A DNA stretch of 64,000 nt. It comes from Diadema antillarum. Lineage: Eukaryota. Below are positions 38,786 through 51,335 of the stretch, piece after piece (positions within the stretch are counted from its first letter, which is position 1; every line of letters starts with the position of its first letter). The position numbers and the translations under genes are program-made. The notes under the pieces were generated by a model that searched no databases, had not been told where the DNA came from, and saw nothing but the letters and a program-made list of their open reading frames with translations. The DNA is taken from NCBI RefSeq assembly GCF_040938485.1, contig NW_027271624.1, positions 1,054,001 through 1,118,000 of the forward strand, read 5' to 3'.

Positions 38786-40408
38786 TGGTATGTAAGTAAC
38801 TGGTGGTTCTCGTGCATATACCATTCATATCAAAATATCATAATTATGTCATCACACGTTTCACTGTTTGTTTTTTTTTTTTTGGGGGGGGGGTTGTTGG
38901 GATTTTTTGTGTGTTGTGCGTTAGACTCGACAGTCTGATATCAAAGAATCCTATGGAGAAGTCTTCCTTTGAGTGAAATCTTACCTCAGATAATGTAAAG
39001 AGGGAGCCACCTCCCTGATGCAAGGTACTAAAGGATGTAAGGTACACTACAGGATAACACACCCTGCTTAGATTCTGTGAATATTATGTTCAGTTTAGGC
39101 CATCATTATAATCACTCGCTCGTGTTCCTCCCCAAGGTCAGCCGACATCGATTCTGGTAATCATTTCACTTTACGGTAAATTGCCGGGTTTAAATAATGA
39201 CACTCTTCTGGGAACTATCTACAAAGCATTTATCCATGGCTTCCGCTCGTGAATCTACACGTGACTCTCCCTGGTTTAATGACACTCTCTGCAGGTAGTT
39301 CAGCAAAGAAAAAGAAGAAGGGGAAGGGAAAAAAGATATATCTGAGCGGGCAGTGACTGATATCATGACGGTCACGTAGTATATTGTATATCCAACAAGG
39401 TTCGATTACTACTCGACGAAACAGATACGAACAATGGAGTGACGCAGACTAGTCGAAGTCGCTTTGTGCCCGTCGTTTCCAGAAAACTTTGGACGCGAAG
39501 GGTAACTGACATCTCTGGAGCTAATATCGCCCGTCCTTGAACCTATAGCTTTGCAATCTGCCAGTTTTTCATCATAATAATTCTCTCTTTCGCATTCATC
39601 AATCATTCCTCTTTTGTGAGTCCATCCAGCAGCGTTTAACCTCCATGTAAAGTGTACAATCAAATTTCCTGATGCCTTTCTACCGGTTGCGTGACGTCGT
39701 GTCAAAGCATAAGCAATTTTATTGGATTTATAAAGTCTCAAAATGTAACCTTGTCTTTAGTGGCTACATACAATTTTTGACCGTAATCGATGTTTAAAAA
39801 AAAATGAAAAAGATGAAATAGGATTTCAAAGTCAAGAATAAATTACGTCTATACATATACAGGGTTCGACATTAGCGATGGCTGATATATGTTATCATTT
39901 GTATATAATATCATGTTAGATGGTCTACGTAACTGCTGTTGGGCGATTGGTCGGAATGCAGGATCGAAATGGCTTTATTGCCTTCAGTGTCGTTAATCAG
40001 GTAATATAGTTTCAAAATTAATTTTGACTGGCTGCCGACGGGGATAGCTATTTTCATCGCGAGAGAATATTTTTCTTATTTTTTCTTTGCCTAAATCATG
40101 ATCTCGTGGATAAACTTATCTTTCGCGGTAATGTCACGTGCTGTATTACACCTGTAAACAGGCAAAATCTGCATAACATATTTTACAGTATCTCAACTTA
40201 TTCAGTATGAAGAATTTCCGGTAGTATCTTCAGGCACGTCTACTTTTCCCTTAATTGCAGAGATCTGTTCGATTATGTTTTCACTAGGAGTGCAGTCTTA
40301 TGTAGAATACATCGGACGTGATGTTGGAGAACTTTTATTATATACCATTGTGATCGTTGCGAAAACCTTGACGACTTTCTTTTTCTTCGTTTTTTAACGT
40401 TTTTGTTT

Positions 40409-42202
40409 TTAGCTCACCTGAGCCAAAGGCTCAAGTGAGCTATTGCGATCGCCCTTCGTCCGGCGTCCGTCGTGCGTCGTGCGTCGTGCGTCGTGCGTCG
40501 TCCGTCGTCCGTCGTCCGTCGTCCGTCGTCCGTCGTCCGTCGTCCGTCGTCCGTCGTCCGTCGTCCGTCGTGCGTCGTGCGTAAACTTTTTACATTTTCA
40601 TCTTCTTCTTGAAAACCCCAAGACCGATTTTCATCAAACTTGGCAGGTAGCATCCCTAGGGGGTTAGGAACTCAATTTGTTAAAATGGGCGCCATGCCCC
40701 ACCCAGGGGGCCCCCAGGGGGGCCCAAACCCCCCAAAATTAAGGAATCTGTAAAAATCTTCTTCTCTAGAACCAGAAGTGATAGAGCTAAGTTAATACTA
40801 TGAGTTAGTACATTGATGACTGTAGTTTCAAGTTTGTTCATGGCAAAATTAGGGGTGCCCCCCTTGGGACCCAGGGGAGGGGGGTGGGGAGGGGTTCTAA
40901 TGGGGCCTAAATTGTACATTTTCATCTTCTTCTTGAGAACCCCATTACCCATTTTCACCAAACTTGGCAGGTAGCATCCCTAGGGGGTTAGGAACTCAAT
41001 TTGTTAAAATGGGCACCATGCCCCACCCAGGGGGCCCCCAGGGGGCCCAAACGCCCCAAACTTAAGGAATCTGTAAAAATCTTCTTCTCCAGAACCAGAA
41101 GTGATAGAGCTAAGTTAATACTATGAGTTTGTACATTGATAACTGTAGTTTCAAGTTTGTTCATGGCAGAATCAGGGGTGCCCCCCTTGGGACCCAGGGG
41201 AGGGGGGTGAGGAGGGGTCCTAATGGGGCCTAAATTGTACATTTTTATCTTCTTGTTGAGAACCCCATGACCCATTTTCACCAAACTTGGCAGGTAGCAT
41301 CCCTAGGGGGTTAGGAACTCAATTTGTTAAAATGGGCACCATGCCCCACCCAGGGGGCCCCCAGGGGGCCCAAACGCCCCAAACTTAAGGAATCTGTAAA
41401 AATCTTCTTCTCCAGAACCAGAAGTGATAGAGCTAAGTTAATACTATGAGTTTGTACATTGATGACTGTAGTTTCAAGTTTGTTCATGGCAAAATTAGGG
41501 GTGCCCCCCTTGGGACCCAATGGAGGGGGGTGGGGAGGGGTTCTAATGGGGCCTAAATTGTACATTTTCATCTTCTTCTTGAGAACCCCATTACCCATTT
41601 TCACCAAACTTGGCAGGTAGCATCCCTAGGGGGTTAGGAACTCAATTTGTTAAAATGGGCACCGTGCCCCACCCAGGGGCCCCCCAGGGGGCCCAAACGC
41701 CCCAAACTTAAGGAATCTGTAAAAATCTTCTTCTCCAGAACCAGAAGTTATAGAGGTAAGATAATACTATGAGTGAGTACATTAATGACTGTATTTTCAA
41801 GTTTGTTCGTAGGAGATCAAGGGGTGCCCCTCTTGGGGGCAGGGGGGGGGGGTTGGTTGGGAAGGTCCAAATGGGGACCTGAATTGTACATTTTCATCTT
41901 CTTCCTGAAAACCTCATGATGTATTTTCATCAAACTTGGCAGGTAGCATCCCTAGGGGGTCAGGATCTCAATTTATAAAAATGGGCACCATGCCCCACCC
42001 AGAGGGCCCCAGGGGGCCCCAATCCCCCCCCCCCCAAATTAAGGAATCTTAAAAAATTTGTGCCCTTATTGTACAGTTTCATCTTCTACTTGAGAATGCC
42101 TGGTCAAATTTTGGTAGAGCTGTGAATAATTCAGATTAGTGACTGCGTGAAAGGTGAACTTGCGATACTCAGGTGAGCGCTAGACCCGCGGGTCTCTTGT
42201 TT
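40409..42202 (+). mobile_element. Helentron-associated (HINE/pearl-like) element, family B, carrying a ~323-bp tandem array
   Basis: Inserted in T-runs. 5' hairpin TAGCTCAC-C-TGAGCC-AAA-GGCTCA-A-GTGAGCTA (40410-40442). (CGTCGTS)n microsatellite ~40468-40582. About 4.5 tandem units (40591, 40915, 41238, 41561, 41887). 11-bp subTIR GCTCACCTGAG / CTCAGGTGAGC (40412-40422 / 42168-42178). Perfect 3' palindrome AGACCCGCGGGTCT (42182-42195), then CTTGTTT. Confidence 0.9.
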
Positions 42203-44808
42203 ACTATAGCCTCTGTGTTTTGGGTTTTGAGTTGTTCTTCGCTTCGTTTTGTTTCGTTTTATTTAATCTTAAAAGCTGCCCTGTCTCGACGGCAATCGAA
42301 ACTTGTGTGGAAAGGAAATGAAGGTCGGTTCTCTTCGTCGTAAATTGATGACTTGTGCCGGAGTTTCAGCAGAAGTGGCACGCTAAGTCCGAGTTTAATG
42401 AACATAGATTGGTAAAGCGCGAGCTAAACGAAAGGAGAGGAATTATTCCATATCTCGGCTACAAGCCTTTATAGCGAAGCTCGGGCAAGGTCACGGGGCA
42501 TAGGAAATTATGAGATCTCAGTATAGATCTCTTGAGACGGGAAAATCTGTATCATATTTTGGAAGAAATAGCGTGACCGGCCCAGAGATAAGATGGCAAG
42601 AGTATCACTCAGCGTCTATGCATGACTTTACATCGTGGCGGAAGCACACGCAATTAGAGATAATCGAGTAGATTGTTTCTTCGAGTGCTTTCAAAATGTT
42701 TCCTTCTATTTCCCCCTTCTATTGGCTGGAAGCTCGTTACTCCAAGGGAACAAAAAAAAAAGAGAAAATGATTAAAATGGGTTCGAAGAATTTGAGTACA
42801 TGGAGCACTAACTCGGCGTTGAATAGAGCGCTCTCACACCCTCCGGGGCATATACATTGTTTGGTGCATCTGATTTCGCTTTCGCGCCCGATGGAGGATT
42901 GCCGTAGCTATGATCACTGGCTCTCGGTGTCCCCGACATCCGCTCAGCCAATCAGAACGCGGAGATTGATTGCCTCCCGCTGTAATTCAGACACTCGAAT
43001 TCTCGCGTATTTGCAAATTACTTCTCACCTGTAAATATTTCTATGAAAGAGACTTGTGTTTCAAGACTTTTTTTTCGTTTGTTGGTTTTTGTAGTGTTTT
43101 TTTTTAATGTAATACAAGCGTATCAAAGTTAAATTTAAAAAAGAAAGCCACGACTCAACGTGTTTCCAATTAGGCATCCGCGTATACCCAACCAACCATG
43201 TTTCATTATCAATTATGAAATCTGCAAGGGTTTGTGCTTTGGTTTCGCTCTGTTCTTGTTCAGATCTGAAATCCTTAATAAGGAAAAAAAAAACATGTAA
43301 CATGACCCGTGAAACTATTTCAAGAGTACAAGGCTCTTGTGAATTTGCTTAGACATTTACATCCATCTAAATTTAAACCTTCTGTGTTGCCGATTGGCCC
43401 AGAAACCCCCATAGCATTGAGCACACTGTCCAAAGTTCCTGGCACAGAAAGGGTTAAAGGAATGAATGTCGAACTTCCCCCCAAAATGGAGAAATGTTGA
43501 GGAAATACTCTTCATCAACCAGATCGAACTAGTGTTCATCTGGTGTGAGAATATTCAAGGAGCCCTATGCTGGCACGAACAAGGTTTTCCTATACACGGA
43601 ATCTCGCCATCGCCCGTGATGTCTTGGGTGACTCAGTTGTGTCTGCATGATTGCAGCTAATATTCGCATAATAATTCTCCATATCACCAAGTTTGGACCG
43701 GCTATAATGAGTCATATCACAGTCATAAAGATGCTTATCAAAAAGTTGATCAGGAAACTTTTAAGAGACGTCTTTCTTTTCTCATCCCTTCTCTTCCCCC
43801 CCCCCCTTCTCTTTCACTTTCTCTCACTCCCTCTTTTTTTTTCTCTCGCTTTCTTCGTATTTGTCTTTATTTCTAGCCACTTGTTATTTTCATCTATCGC
43901 TGTAATCAGGTAATCATTGTAAGGCGATATCAACTATTCGGGCTATAAGCAGAATGCCGGTAGCTCAAGTCGTAAAAAGAAGAAGAAGAAGAAAAAAAAA
44001 AAGTAGAAGTATAATTATGATAGGCTTACAGTCGAACTGTGTAATTTTGTTTGTATATTGTTTGTGTATTTGTTATACGTTTGTATAGATGTGTGCGCGC
44101 AATAAAGGCCCATTCGATTAGTGCGCCCCGAGCGCAACACCTTTCCTGCCATGAATAAATTAGTGTTTGGTAATCCAGCGACGGTCGTTAGCTCACCGGT
44201 TCTGTTTGGGAACGGCTCCTTCTTGATGATAATATGCTGTTCAAGCTCTCTCTGGATCTCCCAAGATTTTTGCCCAGCAGCTACGGAATCAGCTCGCGCA
44301 AATCAATTATGTTGGTTGCCGGCGCAGCGACCAAAACAGGTCTCCGCCAAGAGCCGTCCAGCTCACCGCGGGCCATTTTATACGAAGTAAAACTTTCGTC
44401 CGATTTTTACCGCTTATTTATCCAATCAATATCAAGTCTCCAGGACAGAGGGAGAGGGAAAAAAGAAAGGAAGAGAGAGAGAGTGAGAGAGAAACAGCTG
44501 GTGGTGTGAGAGAGAAAAAAACAAAACAGCTGAAGACAGGGAAAGAGAATATAGGTAAGACAGATTTGATATATGAGAAAGGGAAAGAAAATACGGTGCT
44601 TCGCCAGAGTACACAACTATGGCAGCATGCATCCGCTCAGTAACGCGCCACATATTTTGTAATAGAATGACGATTACGATGGCAGACTGCGTTAAATATT
44701 CTTATCCCTTTTCTATAATGGATATATCTCATTCTCCGTCACGTTGGACAGATATCAAGCCCCTCCCCCACCCCTTTTTCTTTCTCCCTACCCCCACCCC
44801 TCTCTCTC

Positions 44809-44839
<31 letters not shown>

Positions 44840-47800
44840 CTCTCCCTCTCTCTCTCTTGAATTGAATCATGCTTATCTATTCTTATCGTACTTCTAAACA
44901 CTATTTGAGATGAAACTATCACATTATTGGCAATGATTATTGAGTCTATTGACGTTTCCAAAAAGACTATGGTTTGTGGAGTCGCGATCATTATCTGTTT
45001 TATAATATTCCACACAATTTTTCACCAGGTTTTCCCCATATTTCTCTCCGAATTTCTTTTGTACTGAAATGATATTTCCGTTTTTGGTCCTTCGCCTTTT
45101 CCCTCTTCGTTCTCTGCCTGTGGGTTTGTGTTCATATGCTTCTTCTGCTTCTTCAGATTTGCAATTTCATTTTCCCTTTCCTTTCCTGTCCCCTTTTCGC
45201 TTTGAATTCTTGCATTCTTTTCTCATCTGCATGTCTTTTCCCGGTGCTTCTGAATCTTTCTGTATAAGCGTTTCGCCGCCCTTCAGATTGGCTTGCCCAC
45301 CCTTTTCGAATCTTCCCGTCTTGGGGGGCGTAGGCATAACGCATCCGTGATTTCCCGCACTAATTTGAGCGGGAAATCTCTACATATTAGTTTTCCGAGC
45401 AGGCAGCGACGATCAGGCATGAATAACGCGAGTTTGGTAATGAGATTATCAAGTGTATCGATGTCGGTCTCTTCCCAGCCCTTCCCGCCATCTTACTTCC
45501 TCATCTTTGATTCCCTCCTCGTCCGATAGAAAAAAAAATCAAAGAACCCTTTCACCTTCAGACAGGAGACAGAATTCGCTTTGTAAACGGGCTTCAGGGG
45601 GAACACGTTTTGTGCTAATCGAGCACTAGAAAATGGGGGAAGTCTGCGAGCACACGGAATGAAGTTTCTACAAAAAGAACAACAACAACAACATCAACGA
45701 TTTTTCAAATCACGTTCCACCATTCTCAATCACTCTTTTCTCCATGTTAACAATCTTATTACCTGCATTTTTTTCTATGTTTCAAAAAATAGTTGCCGAC
45801 TGCGTTTTTAAAGTGTTCCATCTGTTATCACCATGAATTTCGGCGATCGCAATTTCGGAGGCAGTGATCAGATTTTCATAGCAATTCACTGAGAGAGAGA
45901 TCTGAAATGGCAGCTTTTATTTCAAACAGTAAACACGGACCCGAAAACCCAAACAAACAAAGGAACATACACTTATCATTTACTCCTTTGATTTTGTATT
46001 TTGTTCAATGCAAATAATATCGTTTATGTTCGCTCTCTGAATATGATTATTGCGACGGGAATGCAACTGTCCTTGGCTTTTCACTGTATTGACTGACCGG
46101 TGATAATAAAATACACATGGTTATGTGTGTAGGCCTGTATTATAAATAGGGTCAGGACTATACGATTGTCGTGAGTGCCGTGTTCTACCATCGCCCCCAG
46201 GTGCACCTGTAGGACTGTCTAACTCAAAAGGGATTTCGAAACGGTTGGAAAAGTAATCTTATGTTCCGAAGGTCGAGATGAACGCTATACACGAAGGTAC
46301 CTTGACTTTTCCGACAGCTTCGCAATATGAGTGGGGTGGAAAAAAAATAGTATCAAATGATATCGTATCATCGTACCGCGCTATACTCAGTAATAAACGT
46401 TATCTCCGGAAATCGAGCGGGGGTGCTATGTTTGTCATCTCCATCACTCGTATACTATTCCTGCGACTTAATTAGCTGGTTTCGCCTTGCACTTTTGACG
46501 TCCCCGCTTCAGCCGGAACTTCTTGGTAGACGGTGTTTTCCCCAGTAATAGGAGACCAATAAGAGACCCGTAGACTAAACACAGCAGATGTATGATCACT
46601 CTCCGATGACGGATATATCCGTATGTGCTCGCAGATGAATTAATGAGTTAGTCCATGACGGTGTGAGTATAGCGCGAGTTGAATCAAGCAATATCATGTC
46701 GTAGGTCTGTAACTGTAACCTTCGCCTGTGCTGCGGAAACCATCGCTGTACAACAACAAGTCATTTACGTCAGTGAGTTTGACAGCATCGTAAGTGCTTG
46801 TTCTTGTTTTTTTTTTTTATATGCCGGAGTTTTTAAGCTTCAGCGTAATCTAGTGTGTTGGGAAGTTGACAGCTCAAAATAAAATACATGTATAGAGATA
46901 GGAAAGTCAGAAGTATAACAATTACAATACCTGTGGAATCGGAAAGTTAACTATGTCAACGAGTATCAAGTCATTACAGCCACCTTGAAATGGGCGATGA
47001 GATATTTCCTGTGGCGGCGTTGTTAAGTGTACATGCAGCAGATACACAATGTCCACTACAAACGTCATTGCCTTTACTCCCTATAATGATATAGAAAGTG
47101 ATATAGCAAAATACAGTTAAAATACATTTTCTGTTCGGAAAATGAAAAGTGTTGTTGCCAAACTTTAGCAGACTCCAGTTGTACGAATTGGCCGACAATG
47201 TTAAGTTAAGTTTTTAGGAACAAAAGCTGCATCGGATGTGTATACTTTAACGCAAAGAAATAGGTGGCGCCACTTACAGCAGTATGGTTATGTGTGTTAG
47301 CTGGCGTCATCGTTGATTTGCCGGGGGAAACATTTTGGAGAGAGGTAGAGAAGGGGAGGGGGCAGGGAGCTACGGGTAAGGGGGCCTCGAGGGAAGCTAG
47401 GCATGACATTGGGAGGCTTCAAGCGATTTCCTGCCAGACAACAAACAAGGACGACGCTCCCCCTTTAGCTTATAATGTTGTTAAAGTGGCACTTATCTTC
47501 CTGACGCCGCCACGACTTACGTCGCACTTTGCTGCATTCTGCGTAATAGATAGGTGCCTGCATTATTATTAATTTTGTGTGTTTGGGTGTGTGATTGTGC
47601 GTGATTGTGTGTGTGCGTCTAAATGCGCGTGTCGGACGAGAATTGAAATGTGTGTTGATCTGTGCCTGAGTGCACAATCACTATCCAGTGCATGCCTCAC
47701 GCAAACTTTTCTGTCGTGTCAACAATGGCACAAAGGTATACTGTATATCAAACTCAACCACTCCGTATTTTGATGTGTATGAGTACTAGAATGTGGCACG

Positions 47801-49179
47801 TGTGTTTTTGTGAATGTGTGTAGATAGAACAGCGCTACGCAGTCTGCACTTGTCCAGTGCAAGCGGTATGGACAAAGACAATCAGCTTTCTTAGTGGTTT
47901 CACTGAGGAATCAGTGATTTTTATTTCGCTGTTCTGAACTGCGATTTATCGATACCGCAAAGCCGTTGTTGCTTTTGAAAAGTGTGTCACCGTTTTTTCC
48001 TATTCACACTTTCTGGAGCACCTTATTGAATTCTCCTTTGGATTCACTGCAAATATGGTTTGAATGATATACGAGTAAATCACCCCGTGCTTTGCTCATT
48101 GTATTCTTTCGTTAGATATGTAAGGAAGCTGCTGCTCCGAGAGAATATGAGACAATAAGCTGAGCGAAGAGCGTTTCCACCAACAATGACGGTAGTTATC
48201 CCGTTTCGCAATCCGAGTTTCCCATATCACCATCTGCTCACCTGATCTAACAAAGGTGCGAAGACGGAGAAATGACCCCTTAAAGTGGCGTAGTGCCGTT
48301 ACAGCCGTTATTCACGTTCAATGCTCTCTGGCGGATCTCCCTCCTTATAGCGCCCTCACTAGCTGCTTATCCAGTTAAGATGTGAAAACAGCGGCTGGGA
48401 ATCAGATTACTCCGCACCCCTCCGCTCTATGACCCTGCTGAATAGGGGATGCAGCCACATCAGTACTACTGGTACTTTTTCTGCTTCTGCAATTCCCTCT
48501 TTTATCTGAGCTCCGCTTGTTGCGCTTCAATCTATAACCTATTTCCTAATTCATTCTATCTCTTTTATCTCGATTATTCTGCTCAAGCCTCTCTAGCTTC
48601 GTTTTGTGCAGTATGTTTTGTTTTTTGTTATCACGCTTAGCGACTAAATTGTGTCCTTCAACGACTCTTTATCTCGCCGTCCAATCTTTCCTCTCGGAAG
48701 ACGTTATTTTGTCCCCGTCGTGCTGAGGGGAAGGTCGTCCCCGGAGGCGACCTTGAGTCGAGTGCTCTCTTACCTTGGTTGATTAAAACCTTGACTTTGA
48801 CCAGAAAGACCGAGAAATTTCGAGTGGGATGGTTTGGGGAAGGAGGGGGAGGGATGGAGGAATATACTTCGCGAAGAAGTTCCCCAATGTCGGTCATGGT
48901 TTGTTTGATAGTCAGGACTTTCCCCTTTTCCTCTCGATCCCTGTCTGTTTGTCGCTTTATCTCTCTCTTTCTTGATCTCTCCCTCTCTCTAGTTCCTTAT
49001 CGTGTGCTTCTACACAAACAAACACAGGTAGACACAGGCACAGACACAGACACACGCCAACAAACATACTTGTAACAGTTACAGTGTTTCAAATTGTGTT
49101 GTAGATGTTTCCACTGTAATTTTTATCATTTTGTACCGTTATCATCCTTACATTGATTCATCAGATAACTGATTTCATA

Positions 49180-49183
<4 letters not shown>

Positions 49184-49213
<30 letters not shown>
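49184..49213. repeat. (TA)n microsatellite beside a gap
   Basis: Directly visible. Confidence 0.95.
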
Positions 49214-49216
<3 letters not shown>

Positions 49217-49267
49217 TAGTAAAACATATTTGGACACACACATATTATAATATGTACTGTATATATG

Positions 49268-49494
49268 NNNNNNNNNNNNNNNNNNNNNNNNNNNNNNNNN
49301 NNNNNNNNNNNNNNNNNNNNNNNNNNNNNNNNNNNNNNNNNNNNNNNNNNNNNNNNNNNNNNNNNNNNNNNNNNNNNNNNNNNNNNNNNNNNNNNNNNNN
49401 NNNNNNNNNNNNNNNNNNNNNNNNNNNNNNNNNNNNNNNNNNNNNNNNNNNNNNNNNNNNNNNNNNNNNNNNNNNNNNNNNNNNNNNNNNNNNN
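49268..49494. other. Assembly gap (227 N)
   Basis: Run of N flanked by TA-rich repeats. Confidence 1.
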
Positions 49495-49756
49495 TATACA
49501 TATATTGGACCAAAGTCTGCAGAAGGATTGATGGACAGCCGCGAACGTGACGCTCGAACTGGCGCCCGGATCAAATTGGTCAGGGATTGATATTGGTATG
49601 TTTTCGATCACGCTCAGGCGAGATTCGTGATCGCAGTATGAAGAGACAGATGCTTTGGGGTTTCTAGTATTCGTAAGTTGTAACTTATGTTTTGTTTATA
49701 AAAACATGTTCCCTGTCAGCGCATTGCTATCCCCCTATATTGTTACCATCGACTAA

Positions 49757-49916
49757 TAGTAGTAGAAGTGGTAGTAGTAGAAGTAGTAGTTGTTGTAGTA
49801 GTAGTAGTAGAATTACAGTAGTAGTAGAAGTAGTTGTTGTAGTAGTAGTAGTAATGGTAGTAATAGCAGGAGTAGCAATAGTAGTAGTATTAGCAGTAGT
49901 AAGAGGTAGTAGTAGC
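49757..49916. repeat. Imperfect (TAG)n trinucleotide repeat
   Basis: Directly visible; explains the low-complexity ORFs 49692-49955 and 49727-49918. Confidence 0.95.
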
Positions 49917-51164
49917 ATTAATACTACAGGTATTAGGCCAAGCTGTCGAAATTAATGTGCTGGAGGTTGTTGACATCACTGTTACCATCATTATCCATCT
50001 TGTTAAGACCACAACAAAATCATTACCAATGTTTTTAACACAATTTTATCTCAAAGTCTTAGAGTAATAGATGCATCTCAAGTGCCAATTTCACTTTTAA
50101 AAGTCTATTACCTTTAATGCATATCTGTTCCTGCTTCCTATACTTTCCCAATTGCGAACGAAAGGCGAGACGATGAAAGCGCCGCAGTCAGTGAAAACTT
50201 ATAGCCACATATTTACTCTGCCTCGGTGAGTAAGTGTTTACAAATGATAAGAAGATGCCAAAGCTATGAATATCTGGGGCTGAAAGACAAGAGAAGCACA
50301 GTATCGATCAGTGTGTGTTTCTACATTCCATGCAAGTCTCGTGACTCGAGAACAAAACTTCTGCTGACTTCCTCGACCGTGCAAGTGGTGAGATCCATTA
50401 TGTATGAGACCCTATCTCCTACCTGCTGAGTCAACACGACTTGCTAAGTCAAGATCAGGTCTACTCAGAGACGGAGGGGGAGAGAGGGAGGGGGAGGGAG
50501 GGGAGGTAGAAGGGAGAGAGACAACTCCCTCTCAACAATCGAGCCTTACCCAGGTTTGGACAGTCGTCTGCCGTACCGATTTTGCCGCGCATTTCGCGCC
50601 GATCTCTTTGATTTTCAAATATTGGCCGCCACGCCTCGGTGGCGCCATCTTAGCTATGTATGCGTAATCAGTTCATGGGAGGGATTCGGGGAGAACGGCG
50701 CACGGGCAGAAGCATGCGAGATCAAGAACGCGGGTTTCGTTGATATCACGTTCCTTATTTCATCAACATTAAGCTGCACGCTGTAAAGATTGAGATAGAA
50801 AACGAGAATGAGAGGGGGTTATGAAGGAGAAGGGGGGGGGGGGGGTGACATAGGCTGTGTGTGTATTGACTAGGGTAAAGTTACTCCCTATCCCAATAAG
50901 ATTGTCGATTGGAATCGAATACAGAATCCTCGTCTGCTAATGGATGTCGGTTGTTTCTGTACTTCCTGCGAACTCGTACAAATATCACATGCAAGCATGA
51001 TACTCAATACATGAACAAACTCATACCAGGCCCTACACAAATACATCAGTTCATCATCATGTTGATGCATTTTGTCTAATGGGAGGGAGGGAAAGAAGGA
51101 AAACATGATAACTTAACGCCATCATTTTACGAGAAGCTATAAGAGAGAGATGGTTGTTATCAAA

Positions 51165-51169
<5 letters not shown>

Positions 51170-51212
<43 letters not shown>

Positions 51213-51291
51213 GTTATGCCTCCACCACAAAGTGGTGCCGGAGGCATTATTTACTTTTTCGTCTCTTTTGCATATACAACGCACACACACA

Positions 51292-51332
<41 letters not shown>
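51170..51332. repeat. (CT)n and (CA)n microsatellites bracketing a HINE hairpin
   Basis: (CT)n ~51170-51205 and (CA)n ~51282-51332. Confidence 0.9.
51214..51250 (+). mobile_element. Isolated 5' hairpin terminus of HINE family A
   Basis: TTATGCCTCCACCACAAAGTGGTGCCGGAGGCATTAT: stem ATGCCTCC/GGAGGCAT (51216-51223 / 51240-51247) with inner CACCAC/GTGGTG. Confidence 0.7.

Positions 51333-51335
<3 letters not shown>

Noticed and set aside
38761-38800. RSS/Transib/ProtoRAG-like look of the MITE right end (inward CATAGTG + 12-13 nt + GCAAAAATT; outward CACTATG)
   Set aside because: The heptamer uses bases of the target duplication and the left end lacks it (GGTAGTG). There is no 5-bp TSD at that boundary and no GCCATCTTG at the ProtoRAG spacing.
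40414-41607. Repeated 93-98-aa ORFs (MVKMG...) and RRTTDDG-repeat ORFs
   Set aside because: Translations of the HINE satellite and microsatellite, not genes.
40591-41886. CRISPR-like array
   Set aside because: Eukaryotic sequence; the units are contiguous near-identical repeats without unique spacers, and no cas genes are present.
49558-49570. TGGCGCCCG resembling a tRNA-Lys primer-binding site
   Set aside because: Only 9 nt match, with no LTR or gag/pol remnants nearby.
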